Shown here one piece after another: positions 10,603 to 21,963 of a DNA stretch of 64,000 bases. The stretch is from an uncultured Flavobacteriales bacterium (lineage in GTDB: Bacteria > Pseudomonadota > Alphaproteobacteria > UBA8366 > JADFVY01), in the NCBI GenBank assembly GCA_964347475.1, contig CAYFYY010000015.1, positions 877 to 64,876 on the forward strand, written 5' to 3'. The translations under genes and the position numbers were made by a program. The notes beneath the pieces are model-generated. The model was not told the DNA's origin. It did no database searches and saw only the letters and a list, made by a program, of their open reading frames with translations. Position 1 is the stretch's first letter. Each line of letters opens with the position of its first letter.

Positions 10603-11961
10603 TCACGGGTCCATCTTCAAGAACGGGAGTTCGTCGTACGCGAAACGCATGGCGCTTGGAACCACCGCGACGTAATCGGTGCCATCCTTTTGCCGCCGTC
10701 CGGGAGTCCGGTATTGCCAGACCACTTCTTTGTCCCGGGTCACTTCGATGATACGTCCGTTTTCCGACTCGACGATCAGGATGTTGTCGTTTGGCAGCCG
10801 TTGTTGCACGCCATAACCCAGCGTAAACAGCGGGTCCTCCGGACGGCCTGCGTACAGCCATTCGGTCCGCTGCGTCACCGGGTCGAACTCGATGACACGC
10901 GATCCCAGTTCGGGCCCGATATGGCCCAGGTTGTCGAAGATGAGCATGTTGCCGTTCGGCAGGATTTCCGGCTCATGCTGGCGGAACCACATGCCCCCCA
11001 TGGACCAGACGATCTTCTCCTGTGACGGATCGAGCACGGCGATCATGTTCATCTCACGCATCGAGATGAGAAGCTGGCCTGGACGTGTGAAGGGCAGGCG
11101 ATCCGCTTGACGTTGGTCGATGAGATTTATCGTGTTGGTATGGGTATAATCGCCCAGGAGCGAATCGAAGTGCATGGCCGTCAGGCTGGGCCAGTGCACC
11201 GAATTGTAGAACGCGTCGATGATATAGATCTTCTTCCTGATTTCTCCCGTATCCGAGATGACGGCGACGTAGTCCATGATGTAAGGCGTGTGCAATCGCG
11301 GCAGGCCAAGATAGCTCTTGGTGCTGATCTCGTGGCCGAGCGCGTAAATCGTCCCATCCTCGTTGACCGCAAGGTCGTGATGCAGGGACTCGCTTATCCG
11401 CCAGATCAGGTGCGAATTCCTGTCCAGCTTGACCAGACCCATTCCGTACGGCGTTACGTCCGGCGATTCGACGACGATTATGATATCGCCGTTCGGAAAG
11501 ACGACGGCTCTGCGCGGATATACTGTCGGCGCGTTTTCGGAACCTTGCCCTTGCTGCGCGGTGGTCCAGTCGATCTCGCCCGGCAACGTCCAGCGATGCG
11601 CCATTTCCCCTTCCATGGTCACAAGATCGACGGCCGATTCGTCGCTTCGCAGCACCATGGTCAGGCCATTGAACGCCCGGGTCCGATCATAGCGGCTGAT
11701 GACCGGATCATCGTCGGAAATCGGCGTAACGACAGGTCGCCACAGATTTCCGTACGGCCCGGCATCGGACAGCGGTACGACCAGAGTGCTCAGGACGGCC
11801 GCATCCCGCAGCACGTGGTTGAATGGGCTGTTGCCTCGCAGAGCCACGACGGCACCGGCAACAACCAGGAGAAAGACAAAGGCGATTGCTGCGAGTGCCA
11901 TGGGCACCGCTGCTCGGACGGAAAGGAACGATCTAAGGCGCTGCGGCAAATTCTTCTGCAT
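10603..11961 (-). CDS. Arylsulfotransferase (ASST)-like beta-propeller protein with N-terminal membrane anchor
   Basis: 452 aa. The N-terminal TM is AVPMALAAIAFVFLLVVAGAVVAL. GDYTHTNTINLI and repeated propeller-like blocks resemble the ASST family. Assignment rests on motif memory only. Confidence 0.6.
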   Translation of the reverse strand: MQKNLPQRLRSFLSVRAAVPMALAAIAFVFLLVVAGAVVALRGNSPFNHVLRDAAVLSTLVVPLSDAGPYGNLWRPVVTPISDDDPVISRYDRTRAFNGLTMVLRSDESAVDLVTMEGEMAHRWTLPGEIDWTTAQQGQGSENAPTVYPRRAVVFPNGDIIIVVESPDVTPYGMGLVKLDRNSHLIWRISESLHHDLAVNEDGTIYALGHEISTKSYLGLPRLHTPYIMDYVAVISDTGEIRKKIYIIDAFYNSVHWPSLTAMHFDSLLGDYTHTNTINLIDQRQADRLPFTRPGQLLISMREMNMIAVLDPSQEKIVWSMGGMWFRQHEPEILPNGNMLIFDNLGHIGPELGSRVIEFDPVTQRTEWLYAGRPEDPLFTLGYGVQQRLPNDNILIVESENGRIIEVTRDKEVVWQYRTPGRRQKDGTDYVAVVPSAMRFAYDELPFLKMDP

Positions 11962-12063
11962 TCGATCAGTTGGGGCAGATAGGTGTGGATCCCGTGCAGA
12001 TGGATTCAGAACCGGAGGTTAATCTCTGGTGTGGCGCGTCGATGGATCTACGGACCGGCGGCA

Positions 12064-13407
12064 TTACCGGACTGCGCGCCAACCGTCGATTCGCCAAACG
12101 CTCGGAATTGCGCGAAATTGCGGCCAGTAACGTGAGAGGAAACCAGCAGCCAGGATGAGGAATGCCCAGCCATAGAGAGACGCGAAGAAAAAGTGACTTG
12201 CCCGGGAGTCCTCGGCGCCGATGACCTCCATCAACCGGTACAGCAGCCCCACCAGCGCGAAATGAAACAGTACCGGCATGGCGAGCACAGCGCCTCCCAG
12301 CTTCATCGCCGAGTTCCACCTGAATGAGAGAAAAATCGGCAAGAGGAACAACACATAATGAATCCAGCCGATCGGCGACGCCAGGACTGTCGCCACCAGC
12401 GCGACGGCGCTGGCATCTTCACTGCGCGGTTGGAAACGCCAGGCCCACAATGCGATACCGGCAAGCATCAGGAAGCCGAGAGCAACTCCGATCCATAAGA
12501 CGCCCGCGCGCGCCGACATTGCGGCGAGCGACAAATTGGTTCCAAATAGAATTCGTCCCGGATCGCTTGTCATCCAGGCGTCTAGCCACTGTACATAGAC
12601 CCCCGGTCCGAAGATGACGGCCGGCAGGATGCTCAGGATTGCGGCACCTGCAAGCGCCGCCAGAGCGGTGCGCCTGTATCCGGCAATGAACAGGACCACC
12701 GGCCAGACCAGGAAATTGGGTTTCATGGCGACAAGAATGCCCATCATGAGGCCGGCCGATACGGGGCGCTCCCGCTCCAGCAGAATCCAGGCGGCAACCG
12801 AACAGACCAGCAGCAGGATGTATATTTGACCAAGATCCAGCGTGTCCCAGAAGCCCGGGAAGCAGGCGGCCCACAAGATCATCCATTTGCTCGGGCTCTC
12901 CTGGCGCGTCGAAGACAGCACGATCATCGTGGCGACGAACAGTGACAGGGACAGCCACCAGGTAATCTGGAAGGCCAGTCCAGGTTCGATCATCGACAGT
13001 GGCGCGAAAACCAGGAGGGAGACCGGCGGGTTCAGGTTCGGATTAAACCCGTGGAAAAAGCGCGTCTCGACAAAGAAGCTGAGCTGGTACTCGGCATATG
13101 GATTCAAACCGCGACGCGCCGCAGCGCCGGATTCGTAAAACGTACCGAAATCACGGAGCTGCTTGCGAACCTCGGGCAGTTCGCGCTGCAGCGACGACAG
13201 ATCTTCGTTGAAGGTATCGATATGCGCGGTTAGGACACGAAGACTGTCCTCGGGCTTGGTAACGAAGTATTGGAAGACGATAAAGAACACCAGGAGTAAG
13301 GCGGCTGTTGCACGGGCAGCCGGATGGTTCCAGAAACGAACGGGAATTGACTCCGGGGGTGCCGATTCCGGTGTTCGTTCCGGGTCGAGGGCCTCTGCAT
13401 CGGACAT
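12064..13407 (-). CDS. Polytopic membrane glycosyltransferase-like protein (DUF2029/GT87-like, GT-C fold), paralog 1
   Basis: 447 aa with more than 8 hydrophobic segments. The N-terminal loop QLRDFGTFYESGAAARRGLNPY and the blocks MKPNFLVWPVVLF and SPIGWIHYVLFLLP are shared with 15486..16808. Confidence 0.6.
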   Translation of the reverse strand: MSDAEALDPERTPESAPPESIPVRFWNHPAARATAALLLVFFIVFQYFVTKPEDSLRVLTAHIDTFNEDLSSLQRELPEVRKQLRDFGTFYESGAAARRGLNPYAEYQLSFFVETRFFHGFNPNLNPPVSLLVFAPLSMIEPGLAFQITWWLSLSLFVATMIVLSSTRQESPSKWMILWAACFPGFWDTLDLGQIYILLLVCSVAAWILLERERPVSAGLMMGILVAMKPNFLVWPVVLFIAGYRRTALAALAGAAILSILPAVIFGPGVYVQWLDAWMTSDPGRILFGTNLSLAAMSARAGVLWIGVALGFLMLAGIALWAWRFQPRSEDASAVALVATVLASPIGWIHYVLFLLPIFLSFRWNSAMKLGGAVLAMPVLFHFALVGLLYRLMEVIGAEDSRASHFFFASLYGWAFLILAAGFLSRYWPQFRAIPSVWRIDGWRAVR

Positions 13408-13776
13408 GGATCGGTGGTTCCAGATTCTGACGCGGCGATGCCATCGGCAACACCGAACAACGTGCCTATCGGCGATCTGACGGCCTCCTTCTCACTGCGG
13501 CCGGCAGCCGCTGCGGACGAGAAATACCGCTCCCAACCGCACATATCTCCAACAGCACAATTGTTAGAAGTTCCGTATTAACAATCAGTTAATTAATATC
13601 AAGGAAAGAAAACCAGACAGATATTTGATGTAAAGGCGGGAATATTTCACGTCCCGACTGAATACATATGGCCATTGGTCGCACATGGCACATCGAGGGC
13701 CCAAATCGGTCGTGACATCGGATAAACAGGCGGCAATCGCAAGACAACCTGGAAACGACACTCCTCGTGGAGCGCC

Positions 13777-15381
13777 TCAGTCCCGCTGACGAATGGCGTA
13801 AAGCGTGAAGTACGAGCCTTCGTGCAACGCCGTCAACCGGCCGGGAAGCGGATTTTCAGCGACTCCGAAATGGGTCAGAAGCACGTAATCGAATCGGCTT
13901 GGCCAATCTGTCCAGAAGTCCTGCATTGCAATGAAACCGGCAGGTGGCGTGCCCGCATTTCCATTGCCTGCCGATCGCACCAGCAACGCAACGTCGATCG
14001 GGGCACCAAATGCCGTGTCGATGTCCAGCCGTGCCGCTGCGGCGCGAACGGGCTGCTTGGTCGGATCGGTAAAGAGGGTTGGAACGAAGGCGCCGCGGTC
14101 GATGACTGCAAGCGCTGACAGATGCCAGTACGCGTAGTCGAATCGTGAGTCGCCGGCCACAACCGGCGCGTTGCGCCGCTGAACGGGCAGGATCGCGGCG
14201 CCGCGCTCGATCACCCGTGCGGCCGTTCGGAACTCCGCGAAATCGCGGTCCATGCGGCGCCATTCGAGTGCGACGTCGAATAGGCGGGCGCCGAGCAGCA
14301 CGGCACCGGCAATCAGGACCGCAATGGCGATGCGGGGGCTGACGGTCCGCGGGCGCAGTCCGGCCACGAGAAGCAGCGCCACGACAGTCGGCAGGCGCAG
14401 ATCGGCATACCAGATACTGCCCCAAGTGCCTTGAACCCAGAACGGCATCGCCAGTGCGCCCGCGGTCAGCGCCGCCAGCGGCAGACGGAGCGGGTACGCC
14501 AGGCGAAGCCGGCCGGTGGCGAAGCCGGCAAGCGGCACTGCCGCCGCGAACAGGAACACCGCGGCGTCGACAGGTTTCAGATAGGCCAGGGTCGGTGACC
14601 ATACGGCGCGAACCTTCGCGAGGAACGGACCGTACAGAAAGCCGTGCTCGGTGGCGTCCGGCATTGTGCCGAGAACGAGCAACGCTGCGGGCAGAAACGG
14701 CCAGGCGACGACAAAGGCCTGCCGGGCCGCGATGCGCCGGTCGCGGCGCCCTGTGGCGAGCAGGCGGGGAAACTCGTATCCGGCAACGCAGACGCCGTAC
14801 ACCGCCAGCGCGAACAAATGGGCGAAAAACAGCCCGACCAGTGCTGCCGGGAACAGGGCCCAGCGGATCCAGGGCGGCCCGCGTTCGCTGGCAATCCAGC
14901 CGGCGAACAGGGCCAGTGCGAGGCCGATGGCGAACAGGTAGTTGAGGAATCCCATGATCAGGAGGTGGTTGTACAGCAGCATGAAGACCGCCGTCGGCCA
15001 AAGCCCGATGTCGCCGTGCAGAACCCGGTGCAGGGCAAGCGTGCCTCCGACCAGTGCCAGCATTGTCAACACGACGAATACCCGACCTGCGATCTGAAGG
15101 GGCAAAACAGCCGCGAGCGGTTGCATGACGAGGTCCATCGCAAGATTCGGCATGGCGCCCCAGGCAACCTGGTAATTCTCGGCAAGCGCGGGGTCGGAAT
15201 CGATGGCAGTAAGGACGTGCACGCGCGCGAGATGATTCGGGTAGTCGACGAGGCCCGGAATATCGACGAAGGCCAGCGGGAGGAGGACGGCCAGTCCCAG
15301 CACGACATAGACGAGACCGCGCCGACGGGCGCCGATAACAAGGTCCGATGGCAGTACCGTGGCGGCGGCCGTGCCGTTCAT
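13777..15381 (-). CDS. Polytopic membrane protein with C-terminal soluble domain (function unknown, possibly GT-C-like)
   Basis: Internal ATG at 15381 of ORF 13777..15582 gives MNGTAAATVLPSDL... Many TM segments are followed by a non-hydrophobic tail of about 190 aa. No catalytic motif recognised. Confidence 0.5.
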   Translation of the reverse strand: MNGTAAATVLPSDLVIGARRRGLVYVVLGLAVLLPLAFVDIPGLVDYPNHLARVHVLTAIDSDPALAENYQVAWGAMPNLAMDLVMQPLAAVLPLQIAGRVFVVLTMLALVGGTLALHRVLHGDIGLWPTAVFMLLYNHLLIMGFLNYLFAIGLALALFAGWIASERGPPWIRWALFPAALVGLFFAHLFALAVYGVCVAGYEFPRLLATGRRDRRIAARQAFVVAWPFLPAALLVLGTMPDATEHGFLYGPFLAKVRAVWSPTLAYLKPVDAAVFLFAAAVPLAGFATGRLRLAYPLRLPLAALTAGALAMPFWVQGTWGSIWYADLRLPTVVALLLVAGLRPRTVSPRIAIAVLIAGAVLLGARLFDVALEWRRMDRDFAEFRTAARVIERGAAILPVQRRNAPVVAGDSRFDYAYWHLSALAVIDRGAFVPTLFTDPTKQPVRAAAARLDIDTAFGAPIDVALLVRSAGNGNAGTPPAGFIAMQDFWTDWPSRFDYVLLTHFGVAENPLPGRLTALHEGSYFTLYAIRQRD

Positions 15382-15485
15382 GGCGCCGCTCCTTGCGCAG
15401 GTGTTGCAGGGATTCGCGGTGCCGGGCGGACCCCCGCTGCCTGGCCCTTGTGCCGGATCGTGCCCATGCCTCCGGCCGCCGACCT

Positions 15486-16808
15486 TCAGCGTGAGTCCGC
15501 CGGCGGTACGGCGGCGAACGAGGACGTGTTCGGCGCGGCCAGCTGGCGGGCGACCGGCACGGCCACGAGCAACAGGCCCCATATGTATACCGAGCCGAGC
15601 GTCACCTCGACCCAGGTCGGGCCCTCGAACAGGGAATTAGCGATGATCCGCGGCGTTGCCAGCAACACGGCACCGGCAATCATGGCCCGCGACCAGCGGA
15701 TCGAGAACAGCGGCGGCAGCAGGAACAAGACGTAATGGATCCACGCGATGGGCGAGGCGAGAAGAGCCACGAACATGGCGATGAGGCCGGCGTCGTGCGC
15801 ATCCGGCCGCCGCCGCCAGGCCCACCATGCGGTGGCCAGCAGCAGGGCCAGCGCGGCGCCCCTGCCGAGCCACGGGATGTCCAGGCGGCCGGCGTAGGCG
15901 ATGACCGACATGTTGGTGACCCACAGCGCGCGACCCGGATCGTCGTTGGCCAGCACGGCGTACCATTGCGGATAGACCTGCCAACCGAAGAGCAGGATCG
16001 GCGCCGCCGACAGTGCCGCGAAGGCGAGCAACGCCGGGACCGCGGTTCGCCGGTGCCCGGCGAGCAGCAGGACCACCGGCCAGACCAGGAAATTCGGTTT
16101 GAACGCGGCGACCAGCCCGATCAGCACGCCGGCGGCGGCGAAGCGGCCGCGATCCTGGAGCACCCAGGCGCCGAGCGCTGCGACCATAAGTGGAACGTAA
16201 ATCTGGCCGAGGAACAGCGTGCCCCAGAAGCCCGGCAACGAGAGCGCCCACAGGACGATCCAGCGGCCGCCCTGCGGCTGATAGGTGCGCGCCAGATAGG
16301 CAAGGGCGGCGAGGAAGACAACCAGTGAACTCCACCACAGCAGTCGGAACGTGACGGCCGGGTCGAGCAGCGAGACCGGCGCCATCAGAAGCAGTGAGGC
16401 CGGCGGGTTGAGGTTCGGATTGGCGCCGCTGAAGTGCTTGATCTCGACACGGTAGGACAGGTCGTGGATCTCGTATGGATTGCGCCCTTCCAGCGCCGCA
16501 CGGCCCGACTCGTAGAAGCTGCCGAAATCCCGCAGGCTCTCGTCCGGAAACGAAATCATGAACTGGTACAGGATGTTCAGGACGATGACGAAGGTCGCCA
16601 CCGCCGCCACGAGTCCCGCAATACTGATGCCGGCCCGACGATCGGGCGGCGCGGCAGCAGGGGTCCGCTGAATTTCAAGGGCGCCGGGCCTGGGTCGGTG
16701 CATCGGACGTTCAGTCGCTGTTACGATGGGGTCGCGCCGATCGGTCCGCCTGCAGGCCGCGTCCGACGAGTTGGGGCGGCAAACCGACCGGGAAATCCGG
16801 TCCGTCAA
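15486..16808 (-). CDS. Polytopic membrane glycosyltransferase-like protein (DUF2029/GT87-like), paralog 2
   Basis: 440 aa with SLRDFGSFYESGRAALEGRNPY, FKPNFLVWPVVLLLAGHRR and SPIAWIHYVLFLLPP matching paralog 1. An alternative start at the ATG at 16703 is possible. Confidence 0.6.
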   Translation of the reverse strand: MTDRISRSVCRPNSSDAACRRTDRRDPIVTATERPMHRPRPGALEIQRTPAAAPPDRRAGISIAGLVAAVATFVIVLNILYQFMISFPDESLRDFGSFYESGRAALEGRNPYEIHDLSYRVEIKHFSGANPNLNPPASLLLMAPVSLLDPAVTFRLLWWSSLVVFLAALAYLARTYQPQGGRWIVLWALSLPGFWGTLFLGQIYVPLMVAALGAWVLQDRGRFAAAGVLIGLVAAFKPNFLVWPVVLLLAGHRRTAVPALLAFAALSAAPILLFGWQVYPQWYAVLANDDPGRALWVTNMSVIAYAGRLDIPWLGRGAALALLLATAWWAWRRRPDAHDAGLIAMFVALLASPIAWIHYVLFLLPPLFSIRWSRAMIAGAVLLATPRIIANSLFEGPTWVEVTLGSVYIWGLLLVAVPVARQLAAPNTSSFAAVPPADSR

Positions 16809-16887
16809 ACTGCTACAGTCTGCGTTAACATTGCGTTATCGCTGAAAAATCCGCTGCGTAGCGGCAAAGAATGACCGGAGACAGAGC

Positions 16888-18300
16888 GTGGCAACATTCG
16901 CTTCGAAACCGCCCGACCGGCTACCCCGCGGCCTTGCCCCCGAACGGTTCCTGCGCGGCCGCTTCGGCGACTGGGTGGCGCGGCCCTGGCTGGACCGCGC
17001 GGCCCTCGGCAGCCTGTCCGGGTATTTCCCGTTGAGCCGGCTGTGGGCGGCGGCGTCAGTGGCCCAGGGCGACCGCGACCGGTTTCGCGATGAGGTGCCG
17101 CTGGCCCGCGCCGCCATGCCCGACGACTGGTTGCTGGAGCCCATGCTGGCGGGCGTGCACAGGGCCGTCCGGCGCCACCGGCGGGTCGACCAGGCATGGC
17201 GCCGACGGTTCTTCTCGCCGGTCGCTTCGCCGTCGGCTCGCGTGCTCGTCGAGACGGAACTGGAGCGCCGTGCCGCCGCGCGCGTCTGGATGGCGTCGCG
17301 CGGCCTGCTCATGCCGTTGCTGGCGAAGGCGAAGCCGGCGCCGGTCCGTTGGTCGATCCCGGCCGTGGGCGATCTCGAAGGCCAGCTGGGCACCGCCCTC
17401 GCCGATCCCGCTTCGTATTACGCTGTGCCGGACCCGCTGCCGGAGATCGAGCGATCGCATGCCGTGCCGGGGCCGGACGGCATGGAATGCTGGTTGCGCT
17501 TTGCCTCGCCGGGGCGGGCAACCGGCGACACAGCTTGGGCCAAGATATACGAACCCGAGACGTTGCCGGCGCGGGCGCCGACCCTGATCCTGTGCCACGG
17601 CCTTGCGGTCGAGACCGAGATGTGGGGCACCGGAATCGGCACGCCGCATGCACTGATCCGCTCGGGCGTCCGGCTGGTTGCGCCGGAGGCGCCCTGGCAC
17701 AACCGACGTATGGCCGCCGGCCGCTGGGGCGGCGAGCCGCTGCTGGCGACGGCGCCGCGCGGCGCGCCGGACCTGTTCCAGGCGGCACTCGGCGAGATTG
17801 CGACGCTGATCGGCTGGGCGCGCGGGCAGGGCAGTCCCGTGGTGGCGCTCGGCGGCACCAGCCTCGGCGCGCTGACAAGCCAGCTGGCGGCGGTCCAGGC
17901 CCGATACTGGCCGGAGCCGCTGCGGCCCGATCTGCTTTACCTCGTGGCGACCGGCGGCAGCGTGCAGCAAGTTGCGGTGGGCAGCGAGTTGACGGACGTG
18001 TTCGGGCTGGGCGACCTCTTGGCGGCCGCCGGCTGGGACGATGCGGCACTGGCCAGGTTGGAGCCGCTGACGGATCCGCTGGGCGCGCCGGTCATGCCGG
18101 CGGAGCGCATCGTCATGGTGCTCGGCCGGGCCGACAACGTGACCCGTTTCGACAAGGGCCGCGAACTCGCCGCACGCTGGCAGGTGCCGGATAACAACCT
18201 GTTCATCCGCGAGCAGGGGCATTTCTCGATCCCCCTGGGCCTGCTGCACGATGACGCGCCGCTGCGGCGTCTGCGGGCCTTGATGGGCAAGACGGTCTGA
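16888..18300 (+). CDS. Alpha/beta-hydrolase fold protein with long N-terminal extension
   Basis: 470 aa (GTG start). LILCHGL, a nucleophile elbow GGTSLGA, and C-terminal D...H candidates. Confidence 0.55.
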   Translation: MATFASKPPDRLPRGLAPERFLRGRFGDWVARPWLDRAALGSLSGYFPLSRLWAAASVAQGDRDRFRDEVPLARAAMPDDWLLEPMLAGVHRAVRRHRRVDQAWRRRFFSPVASPSARVLVETELERRAAARVWMASRGLLMPLLAKAKPAPVRWSIPAVGDLEGQLGTALADPASYYAVPDPLPEIERSHAVPGPDGMECWLRFASPGRATGDTAWAKIYEPETLPARAPTLILCHGLAVETEMWGTGIGTPHALIRSGVRLVAPEAPWHNRRMAAGRWGGEPLLATAPRGAPDLFQAALGEIATLIGWARGQGSPVVALGGTSLGALTSQLAAVQARYWPEPLRPDLLYLVATGGSVQQVAVGSELTDVFGLGDLLAAAGWDDAALARLEPLTDPLGAPVMPAERIVMVLGRADNVTRFDKGRELAARWQVPDNNLFIREQGHFSIPLGLLHDDAPLRRLRALMGKTV

Positions 18301-18351
18301 AGGATCGAGCGGCGCTCGGGTGCGGCCGCCGCGATAACGGGCGGCAAGGCG

Positions 18352-19389
18352 TCAGGCGTGCGTCCAGGTGTGGCCCGAGCGCAACAACTCGTTGATGTCG
18401 CCGGTGATCCGGTCGGGTCGACGGCCCCCGCTCAGCGCTGCGACCTGTTGATCGACCAGTGTCTCGTAGCTGTCGGCGGGCGAGCAATAGAGGACGCCGA
18501 GTGCAACGGGCAGATCCGGCGGCTCCATCGCCGCCAGCATCCCCGCCAGCGTCGGGTTCGTCTCGTCGTGGACCAGCAGGTCGGCTTCCGCGGCGCCGTT
18601 CCGGCCGAGCGCGACCGCCTCCAGGGTCAGTGTCCGCGGATCGAGGCGGAGTCCCTTGTCCCGGTTCGCGCCGAAGATCAGCGGCTCGCCGTGCATCAGG
18701 TGGACCTGACGGTCGTCGGCGACCTCGCGGTCGGTGAACGCGCCGAACACATTGTCGTTGTAAACGATGCAGTTCTGCAGGATCTCGACGAAACCGGCAC
18801 CCTTGAAATCATGGGCGCGTCGCAGAATCCCGGGCAGGAGCTTCTGCTGCGTGTCGACGGCGCGGGCCACGAAACGCGCGCCGGCGCCGAGCGCGAAACG
18901 GATCGCCGACACCGGGGTGTCGAGGGAGCCGCCCGGCGTCGACGGGCTGCGCGTCCCGACCCGGCTGGTCGGCGAATACTGGCCCTTCGTCAGGCCATAG
19001 ATCTCGTTGTTGAACAACAGCATCGTCAGGTCCACGTTGCGGCGCAGCGCGTGCATCAGGTGGTTGCCGCCGATCGACAGGAAGTCGCCGTCGCCGCCGA
19101 TCACCCAGACGTCGAGCTCGGGGTTGGCCAGCTTGATGCCGGTCGCGATCGCAGGCGCGCGCCCGTGGATCGTATGGAAGCCATAGGTGTCCATATAGTA
19201 GGGCAGCCGCGCGGCGCAGCCGATGCCGGACACGAAGACGGTTTCGTGGCGCTTCAGCTGCAGCTCGGCGCAGGTCTTCTGCACCGCCTTGATGATGGCG
19301 TAGTCGCCGCAGCCGGGGCACCAGCGCACCTCCTGGTCCGACGCATAGTCCTTGGGCTGCAGGTTCTCGGGACTTTTCTGGTCGCTCAT
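18352..19389 (-). CDS. korB: 2-oxoglutarate:ferredoxin oxidoreductase, beta subunit (TPP-binding)
   Basis: 345 aa with RWCPGCGDYAI and GGDGD TPP motifs. Directly downstream of the alpha subunit. Confidence 0.85.
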   Translation of the reverse strand: MSDQKSPENLQPKDYASDQEVRWCPGCGDYAIIKAVQKTCAELQLKRHETVFVSGIGCAARLPYYMDTYGFHTIHGRAPAIATGIKLANPELDVWVIGGDGDFLSIGGNHLMHALRRNVDLTMLLFNNEIYGLTKGQYSPTSRVGTRSPSTPGGSLDTPVSAIRFALGAGARFVARAVDTQQKLLPGILRRAHDFKGAGFVEILQNCIVYNDNVFGAFTDREVADDRQVHLMHGEPLIFGANRDKGLRLDPRTLTLEAVALGRNGAAEADLLVHDETNPTLAGMLAAMEPPDLPVALGVLYCSPADSYETLVDQQVAALSGGRRPDRITGDINELLRSGHTWTHA

Positions 19390-19393
19390 AGGC

Positions 19394-21256
<1,863 letters not shown>

Positions 21257-21502
21257 CTCTTGTCGCCGCCTTCGGGTGCGCCCGCCGCAGCGTTCCGCAC
21301 CGTATGCTCTTTTCCAATTCTCCGGCCCGCCCAGCCGGCGCCGAGGTGCATAAAAACACCTCTGACAGTGTGGGAATTGAGTCTTTACATTTCGCAAGCG
21401 ATAATTAGCGGTCCGCGGCCGGTTCGCAACCCCTTTTCTCGAAAAATGATCTTACGGCGGGCGGCGTCAATCGGCGCGCCGGCCCGCCAGCGCCGGTGCC
21501 GA

Positions 21503-21537
21503 GCAAACAGGAAAACGGCGGGCTGATTCCCGCCGTT
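21503..21537 (-). terminator. Rho-independent terminator candidate after the cytochrome/Rap1a-like operon
   Basis: On the minus strand: AACGGCGGG-aatcag-CCCGCCGTT followed by TTTCCTGTTTGC. Lies 27 bp downstream of the stop at 21564. Confidence 0.5.
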
Positions 21538-21563
21538 GCCATGCCTGCAGGGTCGCCGAAGCG

Positions 21564-21944
21564 TTATCGGCACATGAAATTGGCCTTCAGGGTGCTGCGC
21601 ACACCCTCGGCGGCCTTGATCTTGTTGCGGTCGCTGAAATGCTCATGCGCCCATTTCATGAACGCCCAGCGCACCTCGTCGTCGCGGTTCTGGTCCGGCA
21701 GGCAGACCTTGTCCGCCTTGGCCGCCCCGCTCTGTATGTAGGCGTCCGTGTAGCCCTTGATGTATTGCTCGCACTCCATCTCCGAGGTTGCGCCCTCGCG
21801 CGAGTCGTTGTCGCCGACGATACACGGGCCGAGCAATTCGCCGACCGTATAGGCCGAGATGTCGGTGGCCGTGGCGGCGGAGGCGAGGAGGAGGGCGGCG
21901 GCCAGCGCCGCCCCGATGCCGCCCGCAAGTCGTGTCGTCATCAT
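21564..21944 (-). CDS. Small periplasmic Rap1a/Tai4-like domain protein
   Basis: ATG at 21944 preceded by GGAGGA. Signal peptide MMTTRLAGGIGAALAAALLLASAATA. The pattern C...ECEQYIKGYTDAY...VCLP...W...H...FMC matches the Rap1a-type four-Cys fold as I recall it. Confidence 0.55.
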   Translation of the reverse strand: MMTTRLAGGIGAALAAALLLASAATATDISAYTVGELLGPCIVGDNDSREGATSEMECEQYIKGYTDAYIQSGAAKADKVCLPDQNRDDEVRWAFMKWAHEHFSDRNKIKAAEGVRSTLKANFMCR

Positions 21945-21963
21945 CGTTCGATCCTCCATTGCA

